A stretch of 64,000 nucleotides of DNA from Candidatus Latescibacterota bacterium (GCA_965208125.1 OZ242320.1:4224001-4288000); one strand, 5' to 3'; shown: positions 29,906 to 40,680, counted from the first letter of the stretch. The notes: generated by a model from the letters alone, not told the origin. Program-made: numbers and translations.

Positions 29906-30844
29906 TTATGCTGATTTTCCGGGCGGGCAGATCGCGTCTATTTTTTTCAGAGTAGCTTGATCGAGCTCGCCGTCGGCAGCGGTAGCGTTCTGTTTTGCCT
30001 GCTCGGGTGTCTTCATTCCGGGAATGGGGCAGGTAACGGCAGGATTGGCGAGGGTGAACCTGAGCGCGAAATTAACCATGTTCATGCCTTCGGGTACTAA
30101 CTCGCGCAGTGCCGCGACCTTGTCGAGTTTGGCGAGGAAATCATCGCGTTGACTTCCCCCTGGATTCCAGTGATCTCGAACCGAGTCTTCGAACCTTGTA
30201 TCTGCCGTGAATTTATCCGCCAAAAGACCCTGAGCGATTGGGCCTCGCAATAACACCCCGATATTGTTGTCCAGGCAGTAGGGGAGGATGTCATTCTCAG
30301 GTCGCCGGTTAAAGAGCGAGTAGTTGATCTGACACGATGCACATGCGCCCTCTGAGTTGAGCGCTTTGAGCGAATTTAGGTCGTTGGTAGATATCGCGTA
30401 GTGACGGATCTTTCCCTCTTTCTTTAACAACTCAAAGGCTTCGACAAAGATCTCGGGATGTTCCGGGGTTCCGATGTGACATTGATACAGATCGATATAA
30501 TCTGTATCGAGACGGTAAAGGCTTGCGTGACAGCAATTGATGATGCTGTATATCGTCTTGTACCCAAGAGGATCTCCCTGACGGCGTCCCCAGTTGCCGA
30601 CCTTTGTCGCGATATAGACCTCAGATCGTTTGCTTTTCAGTGCTTTGCCTGTGTAGATTTCACTCTGACCACAACCGTAGCCATCCGCGGTATCAAACAA
30701 ATTAACGCCCGCATCGAGAGCCGCGCTGATGGTGTCGAGGGCCTGCTTTTCTTCAACCGGCCCCCACTGTCCGCCGATGCCCCAGCATCCCATGGAGACA
30801 GCGCTTACATTCCACCCAGTTTTCCCAAGCGTTCTATACTGCAT
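29906..30844 (-). CDS. Aldo/keto reductase
   Basis: MQYRTLGKTG, FDTADGYG, ATK, IDLYQCH. Confidence 0.95.
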   Translation of the reverse strand: MQYRTLGKTGWNVSAVSMGCWGIGGQWGPVEEKQALDTISAALDAGVNLFDTADGYGCGQSEIYTGKALKSKRSEVYIATKVGNWGRRQGDPLGYKTIYSIINCCHASLYRLDTDYIDLYQCHIGTPEHPEIFVEAFELLKKEGKIRHYAISTNDLNSLKALNSEGACASCQINYSLFNRRPENDILPYCLDNNIGVLLRGPIAQGLLADKFTADTRFEDSVRDHWNPGGSQRDDFLAKLDKVAALRELVPEGMNMVNFALRFTLANPAVTCPIPGMKTPEQAKQNATAADGELDQATLKKIDAICPPGKSA

Positions 30845-30857
30845 GGTATTCCTCCGT

Positions 30858-31706
30858 TTATGATTTTTCCCGACGAGGCGTCACGCGCCAGTCGGTTCGC
30901 AGTTTGGCAACGCGGTCGGCTGACGGCTGCAGGAAGCGCTTGACCCTTTCACTGGCTTTCGCTTGCAACTCAGGCCCGGCCAGTTCCCAGGCATTGTAGA
31001 ACAGCCGGTCGCTGTTTGGTACGATGCGGATGTTCAGGGTGCGTCGGGGCTTGTGAGTCTGATTTACGCCTGCGCAATGCAGGCCCCCCGCGTTTACAAT
31101 CAGTAAATCACCCGGATCGCCGGTCGCCTGGATCTTGTTGCTGTCTGAATCCGGCTCGGGATCCATCATTTCGGGTTCGTCGGCTTTGAAACAATGCGTG
31201 CGCGGAATCAACCGGGTGCCGCCATTTTCCGCTGAATAGCCGTCGAGCATAAAGAAGAACCACAGACCGTTGTGCTTGCCTTCGTCCGTGAGGCCGGGCC
31301 TGAAGTCGCGATGGAAGTGCCCCTGTCGCGCTTCCGGGTGATAGCGTACGGTGTTGGCAACGAGATCTAAAAAATGGTAGGTGCCCAGAGCGCGTTCGCA
31401 GATCCCGTGAACAGTGTCGTGGTCGAGCAAATCCATGGCTGCTTTACCCCACATGAAACAGGCGCGGGCGTTCGGATTGATTGTGAAGTTGCGTTTCCCC
31501 TTTCCGTCGAGAATACGCACTTCGGGCAACTTCATTCCTCCTCGCCACTCGGCGATGTAATCATCCGCAGCACGCTGGGCGATATCCCGAAGAGGGTCGA
31601 GATACTCGGGTGCGATTTGCTCCCGCAGAATGACATAACCGTTTTCTTGCAGATCGGCTACGCGTGCGTCCAATTCCCCGTCGCTTATTGAATGGACTGG
31701 TTGCAT
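30858..31706 (-). CDS. PhyH-family dioxygenase
   Basis: ENGYVIL, FHRD, NGGTRLIPRTH, LHCA. Confidence 0.88.
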   Translation of the reverse strand: MQPVHSISDGELDARVADLQENGYVILREQIAPEYLDPLRDIAQRAADDYIAEWRGGMKLPEVRILDGKGKRNFTINPNARACFMWGKAAMDLLDHDTVHGICERALGTYHFLDLVANTVRYHPEARQGHFHRDFRPGLTDEGKHNGLWFFFMLDGYSAENGGTRLIPRTHCFKADEPEMMDPEPDSDSNKIQATGDPGDLLIVNAGGLHCAGVNQTHKPRRTLNIRIVPNSDRLFYNAWELAGPELQAKASERVKRFLQPSADRVAKLRTDWRVTPRREKS

Positions 31707-31744
31707 AGGTTGACTCCTTATTGTTCGTCCACAATGTTTGTCCT

Positions 31745-34252
31745 TCAGTCTTTTTTTAACTCGGGAATATTGTTCGGCATAAAAGATATCTCTCGCATAC
31801 CTTCGTCGCCCAAAAACTGAATTGTAACACCACCTATGGATAGCATGTGCTGCAAATCCTCAATATTTCTCACCTTCTCATTGTCCACAGACAAAATCAC
31901 AGTATCGCCTAATAACCCTACTTGAGCGGCTTCTGACTCTGCTGGAACATCAATTACCAAAACACCATCATTGTGCTCTAATTCCACAGCCCCGCTCACC
32001 GCAGATTCCCGACCATAATTTACCAGACTACGCAAGGTCGCCCCCATCCAGTCATACAGATCAGCATTGACATAGGTGCCCCAAAACTTAGCGTTTTTAT
32101 CAAACGCTTGCCCCAGACCAGACCAGATGCGCACGTCAGATTTGAACCTCGAATTTTGCACACCAAATTGATCCATAAGGAAATTTTCAAATCCGACCTC
32201 AGATCCAAATTTCGCCCGATAATCTCCAGATGATGGATTGTAAAAACCTGGATCACATGTTTTCGAATGCACGTCCAGACCCAACGCCCTGTGATCTTCC
32301 GGAGGCTCATAAACCGCAAACAGATTTTCATCCACCAAATTATCTTCTCCCCGGCAACCCGCCATTCCCATTCCGCGCGGTGAATAAGCTTCTCGACGAA
32401 CAAGAATATTTCGCCGAACCACATCGCCGCTATTGGGATACCAAACGTGTGGGCTGAATAAGGTAGAAATATTGTTCTCTACAGTTCGAAAAAAGCCTTC
32501 ACGCAACTTGATACCACCTTGCAAGCACAAATTGCCATAAATGTGATAATGCCCAGACCCATCGTCTAAATCAATATCGTATCCATGCGCACATTGAATC
32601 CGATTGTGGCGCAAAACAATTGGATCGACACAATCCAGCTTCGCCATCGTGCGCATGCGGGCGAATTCTTCAGGTGTTGCCTCGCCCTTTAGCTTCATCC
32701 AGTACCGATCCCGTCCCCACGAATTATAAGCTCCGTGTTCTCGCGTGGCCATTGACGTATCAAAAATATCGTTCCATTCAATCACATGTCCACCCCAACA
32801 TCCATCGTTCACATTGATCGCAGCACGCGGCACATCGTAAATACTATTATGACTGACTGTAATCTCTTTGGCCTTAGAAATGAACACACCTGCAATCTGT
32901 TTCTCTACACTGCCCAACTGCGTCATCAAATTGTCGTGAATCACACACCGGGCCGGATAATTATTGTTCTGAGGCCCTGCTTCTAAATCGACCAACTCAT
33001 GTCCTTCATCCAGCATTTCAGACGGCAACTTTGCCATACTCTCATTCTCAAATGGCTTGCCATTTACCATCGGTGTTTCACCCCGCATACCTTCAGGCCA
33101 CCCCCACCAATGTGCCCATCGCGACCTCACGGCAGAATTATTTCCCTCAAGTAAAACAGCACTCGCACCCGTCTTTACAAACCGACACCCGCTCACAGTG
33201 ACGTCCCGACTATAATCTTGAATAAAAACCCCATTCCCACCTATGCGCTCAAACGAGCAATTTTGAACGGTGCATAATTCAGCGCCTTCAAAAACAATAA
33301 CGCCTCCCCGATACACCTTCCAATCGCCACCACTTGGTATGACATCCGTTTCCATAAACGTGTAAGACGTATGGGTCAGTGTCAGCCCATCCAGAGTGAT
33401 ATAACAAACGGGGTTGTCCTCCGACCCTCGAAACTCAAACAAATGCCTCAGCACCACGACTTCCACTGTGGCATCGTCAAGAGTCTGTCCTTCTTCAGGC
33501 TTGAAATACAGTGTATGAGTTTCTCGATCTAAAAACCATTCTTTAGGCGCGTCCAATTCTTCAAACACGTTTTCAATAAACATCCGCCCTTCAGCCAACA
33601 CATCATACGGATTGGTTCTTCGCCCACTGTTTTGCCACCCACCTTCTACTTTCCGATCCTTCTCGTACTCAAAGGTGTAAACCCCATCTGGATCTTTTTC
33701 CAAAATACGAAAGTGCAATGTACCCCACCCCATCGACATCATCCCGTGTACAAAAGCACCCACCGGATTGGCATATCCTTTTAAGCGCGCCGAATCAATG
33801 GCATCTTGAGAGGTCTCTGGCGAAACCCATCGAATGCTGCCATCAAAAAACCCATCTCGCGGATCAGCATTTGGATAGCGACAGCGAACCATCTTTTCAC
33901 CATTGATAAAAAGCTGATCAAAATCCAAGCCCTCAGGCACCTTAGCCTTCACCAGCCCATCTCCGGCGTCTTCCCAAATCAAGTCCACGGACTCTGCCCC
34001 ACTAACAACAACCTCTTCGTCCTCATAAGCCCGATAAACAATGGGCGCATCTTTCGTCCCAGAATCTTCTGCACCAAAAATGAGCGTCTCGTTCAAATAG
34101 TAAGTTCCCTGTCTCAAACACACTGTTATCGGCCCGTTTTGTTTGCATGCACGAACAACCTCTTGCGCCCGTTTTAGCGTAGCAAGAGGTTGTTCTTCGG
34201 TGCCAGAATTTCTATCATCGCCTTTAGATGAAACAAAAAGCGTCTGCCCCAT
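31745..34252 (-). CDS. Right-handed beta-helix glycan-active protein with C-terminal PDZ-like domain
   Basis: GDDRNSGT..PLATL, LRQGTYYL, WDIDLDDGS-like YDIDLDDGS, SEAAQVGL..DTVILSVD. Confidence 0.8.
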   Translation of the reverse strand: MGQTLFVSSKGDDRNSGTEEQPLATLKRAQEVVRACKQNGPITVCLRQGTYYLNETLIFGAEDSGTKDAPIVYRAYEDEEVVVSGAESVDLIWEDAGDGLVKAKVPEGLDFDQLFINGEKMVRCRYPNADPRDGFFDGSIRWVSPETSQDAIDSARLKGYANPVGAFVHGMMSMGWGTLHFRILEKDPDGVYTFEYEKDRKVEGGWQNSGRRTNPYDVLAEGRMFIENVFEELDAPKEWFLDRETHTLYFKPEEGQTLDDATVEVVVLRHLFEFRGSEDNPVCYITLDGLTLTHTSYTFMETDVIPSGGDWKVYRGGVIVFEGAELCTVQNCSFERIGGNGVFIQDYSRDVTVSGCRFVKTGASAVLLEGNNSAVRSRWAHWWGWPEGMRGETPMVNGKPFENESMAKLPSEMLDEGHELVDLEAGPQNNNYPARCVIHDNLMTQLGSVEKQIAGVFISKAKEITVSHNSIYDVPRAAINVNDGCWGGHVIEWNDIFDTSMATREHGAYNSWGRDRYWMKLKGEATPEEFARMRTMAKLDCVDPIVLRHNRIQCAHGYDIDLDDGSGHYHIYGNLCLQGGIKLREGFFRTVENNISTLFSPHVWYPNSGDVVRRNILVRREAYSPRGMGMAGCRGEDNLVDENLFAVYEPPEDHRALGLDVHSKTCDPGFYNPSSGDYRAKFGSEVGFENFLMDQFGVQNSRFKSDVRIWSGLGQAFDKNAKFWGTYVNADLYDWMGATLRSLVNYGRESAVSGAVELEHNDGVLVIDVPAESEAAQVGLLGDTVILSVDNEKVRNIEDLQHMLSIGGVTIQFLGDEGMREISFMPNNIPELKKD

Positions 34253-34288
34253 AAAATCACTCCTTATCATATTCCTTATCTTTTTTTT

Positions 34289-34307
34289 CAAGCGTTCTGT
34301 ACTGCAT
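34289..34307 (-). pseudogene. 5' stub of an aldo/keto reductase (MQYRTL)
   Basis: ATGCAGTACAGAACGCTTG matches the first 19 nt of 29906..30844 at 18/19 positions. Confidence 0.8.
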
Positions 34308-34349
34308 AAAAATTGTCAGAGTAACAAAAAGACTAATTGAAATCCAAGA

Positions 34350-35192
34350 TCATTCCTTGAGTGCGGCAGCATCCTCAGCGATCCACTCTTCCCATCTCTC
34401 TTCGTCGGGTTGCATAAATCCACTGTTGGCTCGCCGAAATACATTTGCATCTTCGCCCAGGAGGCGCAGTAGGCGACGATTGCCAGTCGCTCGTGCTCGC
34501 GCTTTGACTGCTTGAGAAATTGGGCCTGAATAATTGGCTCTGTGTTTAAGCCAGGAGTGATTCATCGTTAAAAAGAAAAGATACCGATAGTTCTTTGAAT
34601 AATTGGCTGTTCCCGAGTGTACAATCGCATTGTGGAATACGGCTATATCTCCAGATTTGGGATAAAGGATCACTTCGTCGGGATGGGGTTGTTTTCTTTC
34701 TTCTTGTGTTAAAGTCAGGGCTTTCATGTGAGAACCTGGAATAATTCGCAGGGGGCCAATTTCATCATCGAGATCCTGTAAATAGCTCAGGGCATTGAAG
34801 AGTAAGGGTCTATGGTAGATGCCTTCTTGAGGAAATTCGGCAAACATGTCCCGGTGAAAACCCAGTACCGGGTTTGTGTTTGGGTCCTGTGGTGCCGTGC
34901 GCCGGTATGTGATGGATTCAAGCTGGACATGAGGGCCGACGATCATTTCAGTAAAGTCCAGGAGGCGCTTATTTGACAGGGCAGAGAGAATGAGATCGGG
35001 TTTGTGTTCTAACACATCGACAAAGACCTGGGGTCGGCTGCCATCGGGATTGGGGAGGCGATCACCGATTTCTTCAAATGAATCTCGCATGGCTTTGACC
35101 CAGACATCGTCCAGCATTTTTGGGAAAAGTGTAAATCCAACTGTTTTGAATTCTTCCAGGTGTTCTTCGAGGGATTTGGGATCTTTTTGCAT
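34350..35192 (-). CDS. PhyH-family dioxygenase
   Basis: FHRD, GPLRIIPGSH, VHSG. Confidence 0.9.
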   Translation of the reverse strand: MQKDPKSLEEHLEEFKTVGFTLFPKMLDDVWVKAMRDSFEEIGDRLPNPDGSRPQVFVDVLEHKPDLILSALSNKRLLDFTEMIVGPHVQLESITYRRTAPQDPNTNPVLGFHRDMFAEFPQEGIYHRPLLFNALSYLQDLDDEIGPLRIIPGSHMKALTLTQEERKQPHPDEVILYPKSGDIAVFHNAIVHSGTANYSKNYRYLFFLTMNHSWLKHRANYSGPISQAVKARARATGNRRLLRLLGEDANVFRRANSGFMQPDEERWEEWIAEDAAALKE

Positions 35193-35235
35193 TTCAGCCT
35201 CCTGGTGTTTCAGTTTTCTTCATTTTTGGCAGAAA

Positions 35236-36582
35236 TCAGGATTGGAAAATTGTCCCGGGCCACGGGTAAGCGTTGGATCCAGCATCATCATCGATGGGGC
35301 CTTCCGGCAGTGTGGCTTGCCAATCCATGACCTGCTCTGACATCTGCTTGACCAGGATCTCTTCAAATTTGGTGTGATTGACGAGCTCCATCGGATCTGC
35401 AGGAATGTTGTACAGCTCGACACGACTTCTGTCCGGGTTGAGAAGCAGCTTCCAGTCACCCTCGCGGATTGAAAGGATCGGGCTTTTGTGAAGGCAATGG
35501 CCGTGAACCCGAAATCGCCACTCCCACATCAACGGCGTCGTGCGATCTACCGAGTTACCTCGAAAGGCGGCCGTCATATCCTCACCCTGCAGACCAATGT
35601 TGTCGGGAATGGCTACGCCAGCGATGGAACAAAAAGTAGGCAACAGGTCTATGGCACATAAGGGCGTCGTGTTGTCAACTTTGCCTTTTGGTCCGCCACT
35701 GCCTGGCCATCGAAGAATGAAAGGGGTTCGCACACCGCCTTCGTAGAGGCTTCTTTTTCGACCTCGAAAGGGACCAGAGGAACCGACGCCACTGTGTGAC
35801 GCATTTCGAAAGTGGATATCCTCAGGGCCGTTGTCAGCTGAGAAGATGACAATCGTGTTGTCGGAAAGGCCCAGTTGATCCAGCCGATCCATGAGCCGTC
35901 CAATGTGGTAATCTGCGTTGGTAACGACAGAATAGTAGATGCGTAGTGCACCTTTGTGTTTGTCTTCCAGGCCTTGAGCGGTAAGATTCATATAGGGTTC
36001 CATCTGCTCCTCTGTAGGATCCAGAGTGGCGTGGGTGTCAAGCAACCACGCTTGAACAAAGAAAGGCTCATCCCGATGTCTTTCGATGAAGGATATGGTT
36101 TCATCTATAATTACCTCTGTAGATTGAGATCTGCCTTCGGGAATCTCAATGGCGGGTCCGACCGCATTGAATGTTTTGGATTCGTCAATCCCATAAGCTG
36201 TGGTATTGGGTGCTTCTTCGCCACTTCCCAGGTGCCACTTGCCAAAGTGGCCAACAGCATAGCCACTTTGTTGCAGGAGACCCGTGATGGTCGTTGCATC
36301 GGGATCCAACCAGTCTGGCATGCCGCGTAGGGCGTTCTGCTCGTGACGGGCAAAATGGCCATGTATGCCCCAGTGGGCAGGAAAACGACCCGTCATGACC
36401 GCTGCCCGGCTGGGTGAGCACACACCCGAGCAAACATAGAATTGTGAGAAGAGAATGCCCTGCGAAGCGAGCCGATCCAGATTTGGCGTTTTTACAAACT
36501 GGTGGCCGTAGCAACTCAAGTCACCCCACCCCCAATCGTCGGCGAAGACAAATACGATATTGGGTCTTTTCGATTCAGCCAT
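35236..36582 (-). CDS. Sulfatase (GALNS/arylsulfatase-like)
   Basis: FADDWGWGD, CSPSR, GKWHLG, DNG. Confidence 0.94.
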   Translation of the reverse strand: MAESKRPNIVFVFADDWGWGDLSCYGHQFVKTPNLDRLASQGILFSQFYVCSGVCSPSRAAVMTGRFPAHWGIHGHFARHEQNALRGMPDWLDPDATTITGLLQQSGYAVGHFGKWHLGSGEEAPNTTAYGIDESKTFNAVGPAIEIPEGRSQSTEVIIDETISFIERHRDEPFFVQAWLLDTHATLDPTEEQMEPYMNLTAQGLEDKHKGALRIYYSVVTNADYHIGRLMDRLDQLGLSDNTIVIFSADNGPEDIHFRNASHSGVGSSGPFRGRKRSLYEGGVRTPFILRWPGSGGPKGKVDNTTPLCAIDLLPTFCSIAGVAIPDNIGLQGEDMTAAFRGNSVDRTTPLMWEWRFRVHGHCLHKSPILSIREGDWKLLLNPDRSRVELYNIPADPMELVNHTKFEEILVKQMSEQVMDWQATLPEGPIDDDAGSNAYPWPGTIFQS

Positions 36583-36604
36583 TGCGGTTCTCCTTAATAT
36601 CGAT

Positions 36605-37753
36605 TCACGAATTCAGTGCATTGCAGATGACGGCAGGTGGCGCAACTGTTACCGTTTCGCTCAAGGCAAACGGTGCATCCACTGGTGCCGCCACCCAGGA
36701 CTGATCCGGTTGGACATCGTCCAGCGCCGACCAGAAGCCGCGCTCGAGGCGGGGCGACGACGATGCTTTGATCTCCACCGCGACGAGCTTATTTCTCCGT
36801 CGGATCAGCAGGTCGATCTCAGCGCCAGCCGAGGTCCGGTAGAAGCTCAGTTCGGCGTCGGGCACCGCCGCGGCGATTTGCTCGATGACGTATCCTTCCC
36901 AGGAGTTGCCGCGAACCGGATGGCCATCCAGGTCGTCGAAAGAATCCAAACGCAGCAACCGGTGAAGGATGCCGGTATCTCTGAGATAAACACGGGGGCT
37001 CTTCACAAGGCGCTTCTTGACGTTGGCCGCGCAGGGCGAAAGCCGCCTTACCATGTAGGCCTGCTCAAGGATGCGGAGGTAATGTCCAACCGTCTTGCCC
37101 GTTACGCCCAGGGAAGAAGCCACTTTGGCGTGGTTCCACAGATCCCCGTGCAGGTGAGCGCACATCTCCCAGAATTGTCGTAGCGTTATCGCGGGTACGC
37201 GGATACCCAGTTGAGGAATGTCGCGTTCGAGAAACGTCTGGATGAAACTGTCCAGCCACGCCCGGCTCATTCCGTCTGATGGGGCCAGATAGCTTCGCGG
37301 GAATCCGCCTCGCAGCCAGAGCCTTGACTGATTCTCCACCCCGATCTCTTCTTCGACAAAGGGCGCCAGTTCGATGAAACCGATGCGACCGGCGAGCGTC
37401 TCAGACGACTGTTGGAGCAGATCTGGAGAAGCCGATCCCAGCACCATAAACTGTCCCGGAGAACCGGTCTCATCGCAGAGCCCGCGAAGTACGCGGAACA
37501 ATTCGGGGACGCGCTGGATCTCGTCGAGGCAGACGATGTGATCCCGATGGCGGCGGAGGTAATCTTCAGGCTCGGCCAGACGTGCGACGTCGGAGGGGAG
37601 CTCAAGGTCGAGATAGTGTGACGCCGGCTGTTCAGCAAGCCACGTCTTGGCCAGGGTGGTCTTTCCACACTGGCGAGGCCCCAGAATTGCCGTGACAGGG
37701 AAGTACCTCGCGTATTCAGAGACCTTTGTCTGAATTTTTCTGTTGATGTTCAT
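36605..37753 (-). CDS. AAA_14 ATPase with DUF4143 and PD-(D/E)xK-like C-terminus
   Basis: GPRQCGKTT, LDEIQ, LAGR, DTG, EIDLL..VEIK. Confidence 0.92.
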   Translation of the reverse strand: MNINRKIQTKVSEYARYFPVTAILGPRQCGKTTLAKTWLAEQPASHYLDLELPSDVARLAEPEDYLRRHRDHIVCLDEIQRVPELFRVLRGLCDETGSPGQFMVLGSASPDLLQQSSETLAGRIGFIELAPFVEEEIGVENQSRLWLRGGFPRSYLAPSDGMSRAWLDSFIQTFLERDIPQLGIRVPAITLRQFWEMCAHLHGDLWNHAKVASSLGVTGKTVGHYLRILEQAYMVRRLSPCAANVKKRLVKSPRVYLRDTGILHRLLRLDSFDDLDGHPVRGNSWEGYVIEQIAAAVPDAELSFYRTSAGAEIDLLIRRRNKLVAVEIKASSSPRLERGFWSALDDVQPDQSWVAAPVDAPFALSETVTVAPPAVICNALNS

Positions 37754-37754
37754 T

Positions 37755-37789
37755 CTTGTAATATGGGAGTCTGACTCCCGATTTGCAAG
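37755..37789 (-). promoter_or_regulatory. Leaderless promoter with palindromic operator
   Basis: TTGCAA-17 nt-CATATT-6 nt-ATG; GGGAGTC-A-GACTCCC palindrome in the spacer; no RBS. Confidence 0.65.
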
Positions 37790-37823
37790 GATAAAACACA
37801 GTAGGCGGTAAGCCTTTACGCCA

Positions 37824-39164
37824 CTACGATGCCAGGGCTTTCAGGTAGGTGGTGCCTTGCGTGTCGGCGTGTGCCTGGACCCAATCAGATAGTCGGTCTC
37901 GGTGATCCGTCAGGATCTGAATGAATTCAGGATCATTGGCGAGGTTCTTTGTTTCAGTAGGATCCGAAACCATATCGACAAGCATTTCTTCCGACGTACC
38001 ATTGTAGTGGAAAATGGAGTACTTGTACCTGGCAGACCTTACCATTCTACCGCCAACAGTTTCGGCAACGACGAATTCCCGCCAATCGGGTTGCTCGCCC
38101 AGAGCAAGGGGTTTCAAGCTTCTACCGGGTAGTGAATCTGGAATTTCTCCTTCGGCAAAGTCGCATAACGTCGGAAGCAGATCGATCCCATTATTGACCA
38201 AAGCATCGATCTGACCTGGAGAAACTCTTCCAGGCCAGCTGATTGTGAGCGGTACGTGTGACGACGCTTCGTAGAACGACCGCTTCATTGTCAATCCGTG
38301 TTCCCCATCATGATCGCCATGGTCACTTGTAAATATGACAACCGTACTCTCCCGCAGACCGGCGTCATCGAGCGCATCCAGTATCACACCCAACTGTTGG
38401 TCCAGGTCCTCCATATAAAAACGGTAAGCCGCACGGTAGATCCGCCACTCGTGTTCGGTCCAGTGGATTGCACGCTGACCGAATCTTCGGTTGAGGCCGA
38501 TTTCGATTGTCTCCTCGTCTCCCAGCGTCCCATCACGGAATCTCTGCATCCACTTTGGCTCATCCTGAGGGGGTGCGTGATTATCCGGCAAGGGAGGCAA
38601 GTTGTCTCCTGGATCCGAAGGATGTGTCGGCTTCCCATCCTCATCCAGAACTTTACATATATCGTGTGGATTAATGAACGATGCCCAGAGGAAGAACGGG
38701 CGATCGGAATCTCTGTTTTTGAGAAAATCAGCAGATCTCTCCGCAAGCTCATCCCTCTGATCGGTTGTGATCGACTTAAATCCGAATTCCTCTGCCTTTT
38801 CTTTCGTGAAAACCTGGGTGCCCTCTACGTGCAGCTTACCGCCGGCGTACGTATCATATCCACAATTTCGGAGGAGTGTCCCCATCAATGGCGTATCAAT
38901 ATGGTCCAAAATCCGCGGATGTTCCGAAGCCATCCCCTTGGAGTTATGCTCCAGGCCATCAAAAGTGTGCGGCATATGGCCTGAGACCAGGGCGTACCTG
39001 AATGGGACACAAACTGGATTGGAAACGTAGGTGAGTTCGAATCTCTTACCACCTGCAGCCAGTTTATCCAAATTGGGCGTACTGACATAAGGATCACCGG
39101 AATAACTCGCCATTCTGTGATGTTGTTGGTCCGTTGTTATGAGAATGATATGCGGTCGTTCCAT
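37824..39164 (-). CDS. Sulfatase
   Basis: ILITTDQ, CVPFR, GKLH, SDHG. Confidence 0.92.
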   Translation of the reverse strand: MERPHIILITTDQQHHRMASYSGDPYVSTPNLDKLAAGGKRFELTYVSNPVCVPFRYALVSGHMPHTFDGLEHNSKGMASEHPRILDHIDTPLMGTLLRNCGYDTYAGGKLHVEGTQVFTKEKAEEFGFKSITTDQRDELAERSADFLKNRDSDRPFFLWASFINPHDICKVLDEDGKPTHPSDPGDNLPPLPDNHAPPQDEPKWMQRFRDGTLGDEETIEIGLNRRFGQRAIHWTEHEWRIYRAAYRFYMEDLDQQLGVILDALDDAGLRESTVVIFTSDHGDHDGEHGLTMKRSFYEASSHVPLTISWPGRVSPGQIDALVNNGIDLLPTLCDFAEGEIPDSLPGRSLKPLALGEQPDWREFVVAETVGGRMVRSARYKYSIFHYNGTSEEMLVDMVSDPTETKNLANDPEFIQILTDHRDRLSDWVQAHADTQGTTYLKALAS

Positions 39165-39204
39165 ATCTGTTCCTTTCGCGTTGCGGACGAATTGTAGCAA
39201 GATG

Positions 39205-40677
39205 TCAACGAGGGTCGCCAGCTTCAATTGTTCGTTCCAGCAGCCTGCTGCGCATGGCTTCTTCCCGATCTCGATAGTCCGGATTTCCTGCCAGATTCAC
39301 GAGTTCGCCCGGGTCGTTCTGCAAGTCGTAAAGTTCAGAACGATCATTCACATAATGTGCGTATTTCCACTTCTCGTTTCGAACCATGCGACCCCGAGAA
39401 AGGAAGAATGTTCCCGACTCAACCAGCGGCAATTCAGGTACGGGTTCAGTCCGACTTATGCCGGCTTTCAGCGCGTCCAATTCTGCTTCTGGTCCTCCCT
39501 CTGGCAAAGGCTGACGGCTGCCAACTTCTGCATAGGTACAGTCTCTTTCTGGAGCCATACCCGACATCATATCTGTCACACTTCTACCCTGAACACCCGG
39601 CGGGATCGAGATTCCGCTACTCTGGAGTAATGTAGGCATCAAGTCGATTTGCTCAATTTGCAGTGCGTTGGTTGCACCATCCCGTGCATGTTCCAAACCC
39701 CTTACGATCAATGGGACCTGGACAATGCAGTCGTAGAATGCAGCTGTTTTCCGAATGAGTCCGTGTTCGCCCAGGTACTCACCGTGGTCACCTGTGGCAA
39801 CAATGATGGTGTCGTCCCAACGACCAAGCGCTTTTAGTCCATCAAAGAATTTGCCCAGGCATTCATCCAGGTGCCTGAGCATGCCATAGTAATACGCCAT
39901 TGTCTGCCGCAGTTGCTCGTCATCCATGAGATGCAGCCACCCGCCGTGATAATAGACTTGCTGAACGAATGGTTTTGAGTCCAATTCACCCTCAGGTCTA
40001 TGTGGGAGAGGCATGTCCTCTGGTCTGTACATCGTGGCAAAAGGTTCGGGTGCCCGATAGGGCGGATGAACATCGGAAAAGCTCAACCACACAAACGAAG
40101 GCTCGTCACCCTTCCGTTCGAGATAATCGAGGGCATGATTCACATTGGCTCTTGCTGGAGATTCAGCAGGATCGAAAGGGTAGGTTCCGCCATACCAGAT
40201 TGGGTTTGGGTGATCTCCCCAACGGAAACGTCTTGTTTGTGATTCGAACACGGATGGGTCGATGGGTATTGCAGGCCCAGGAAATGGCTTCCCATAGGCT
40301 TCTCGCTGCTTTTGTCGAAGTGGCGACTCTTCAATACACGCTTCAAATCCTGCAGTTTCGGCATCTGGAAAGCAGTGGTTTTTCCCAAATAGGCCACAGC
40401 CGACACCAGCATCTTTCAATAGTCCTGGCAGATGAAACGCTTCCTTTTCTTGCATCAACAGCGTGTTGTCTCTGGAACCTGTAACGCTGGGATAACGACC
40501 CGTGAAAAATGCGACCCGTGATGCGACGCAGAGCGGAGAAGGTACGGTGCAGTTTTCAAACCTGATGGCTTCGCTGGCAAAGCGATCCAGATGAGGTGTC
40601 GCTCCGACGGGATTGCCATAGCATCCCAATGCGCGAGCGGCAAGATGCTCAATGGTGATTACGACAATGTTTTTCAT
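39205..40677 (-). CDS. Sulfatase (CxAxR variant)
   Basis: VITIEH, CVASR, GKNH, GDHG. Confidence 0.9.
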   Translation of the reverse strand: MKNIVVITIEHLAARALGCYGNPVGATPHLDRFASEAIRFENCTVPSPLCVASRVAFFTGRYPSVTGSRDNTLLMQEKEAFHLPGLLKDAGVGCGLFGKNHCFPDAETAGFEACIEESPLRQKQREAYGKPFPGPAIPIDPSVFESQTRRFRWGDHPNPIWYGGTYPFDPAESPARANVNHALDYLERKGDEPSFVWLSFSDVHPPYRAPEPFATMYRPEDMPLPHRPEGELDSKPFVQQVYYHGGWLHLMDDEQLRQTMAYYYGMLRHLDECLGKFFDGLKALGRWDDTIIVATGDHGEYLGEHGLIRKTAAFYDCIVQVPLIVRGLEHARDGATNALQIEQIDLMPTLLQSSGISIPPGVQGRSVTDMMSGMAPERDCTYAEVGSRQPLPEGGPEAELDALKAGISRTEPVPELPLVESGTFFLSRGRMVRNEKWKYAHYVNDRSELYDLQNDPGELVNLAGNPDYRDREEAMRSRLLERTIEAGDPR

Positions 40678-40680
40678 CTC

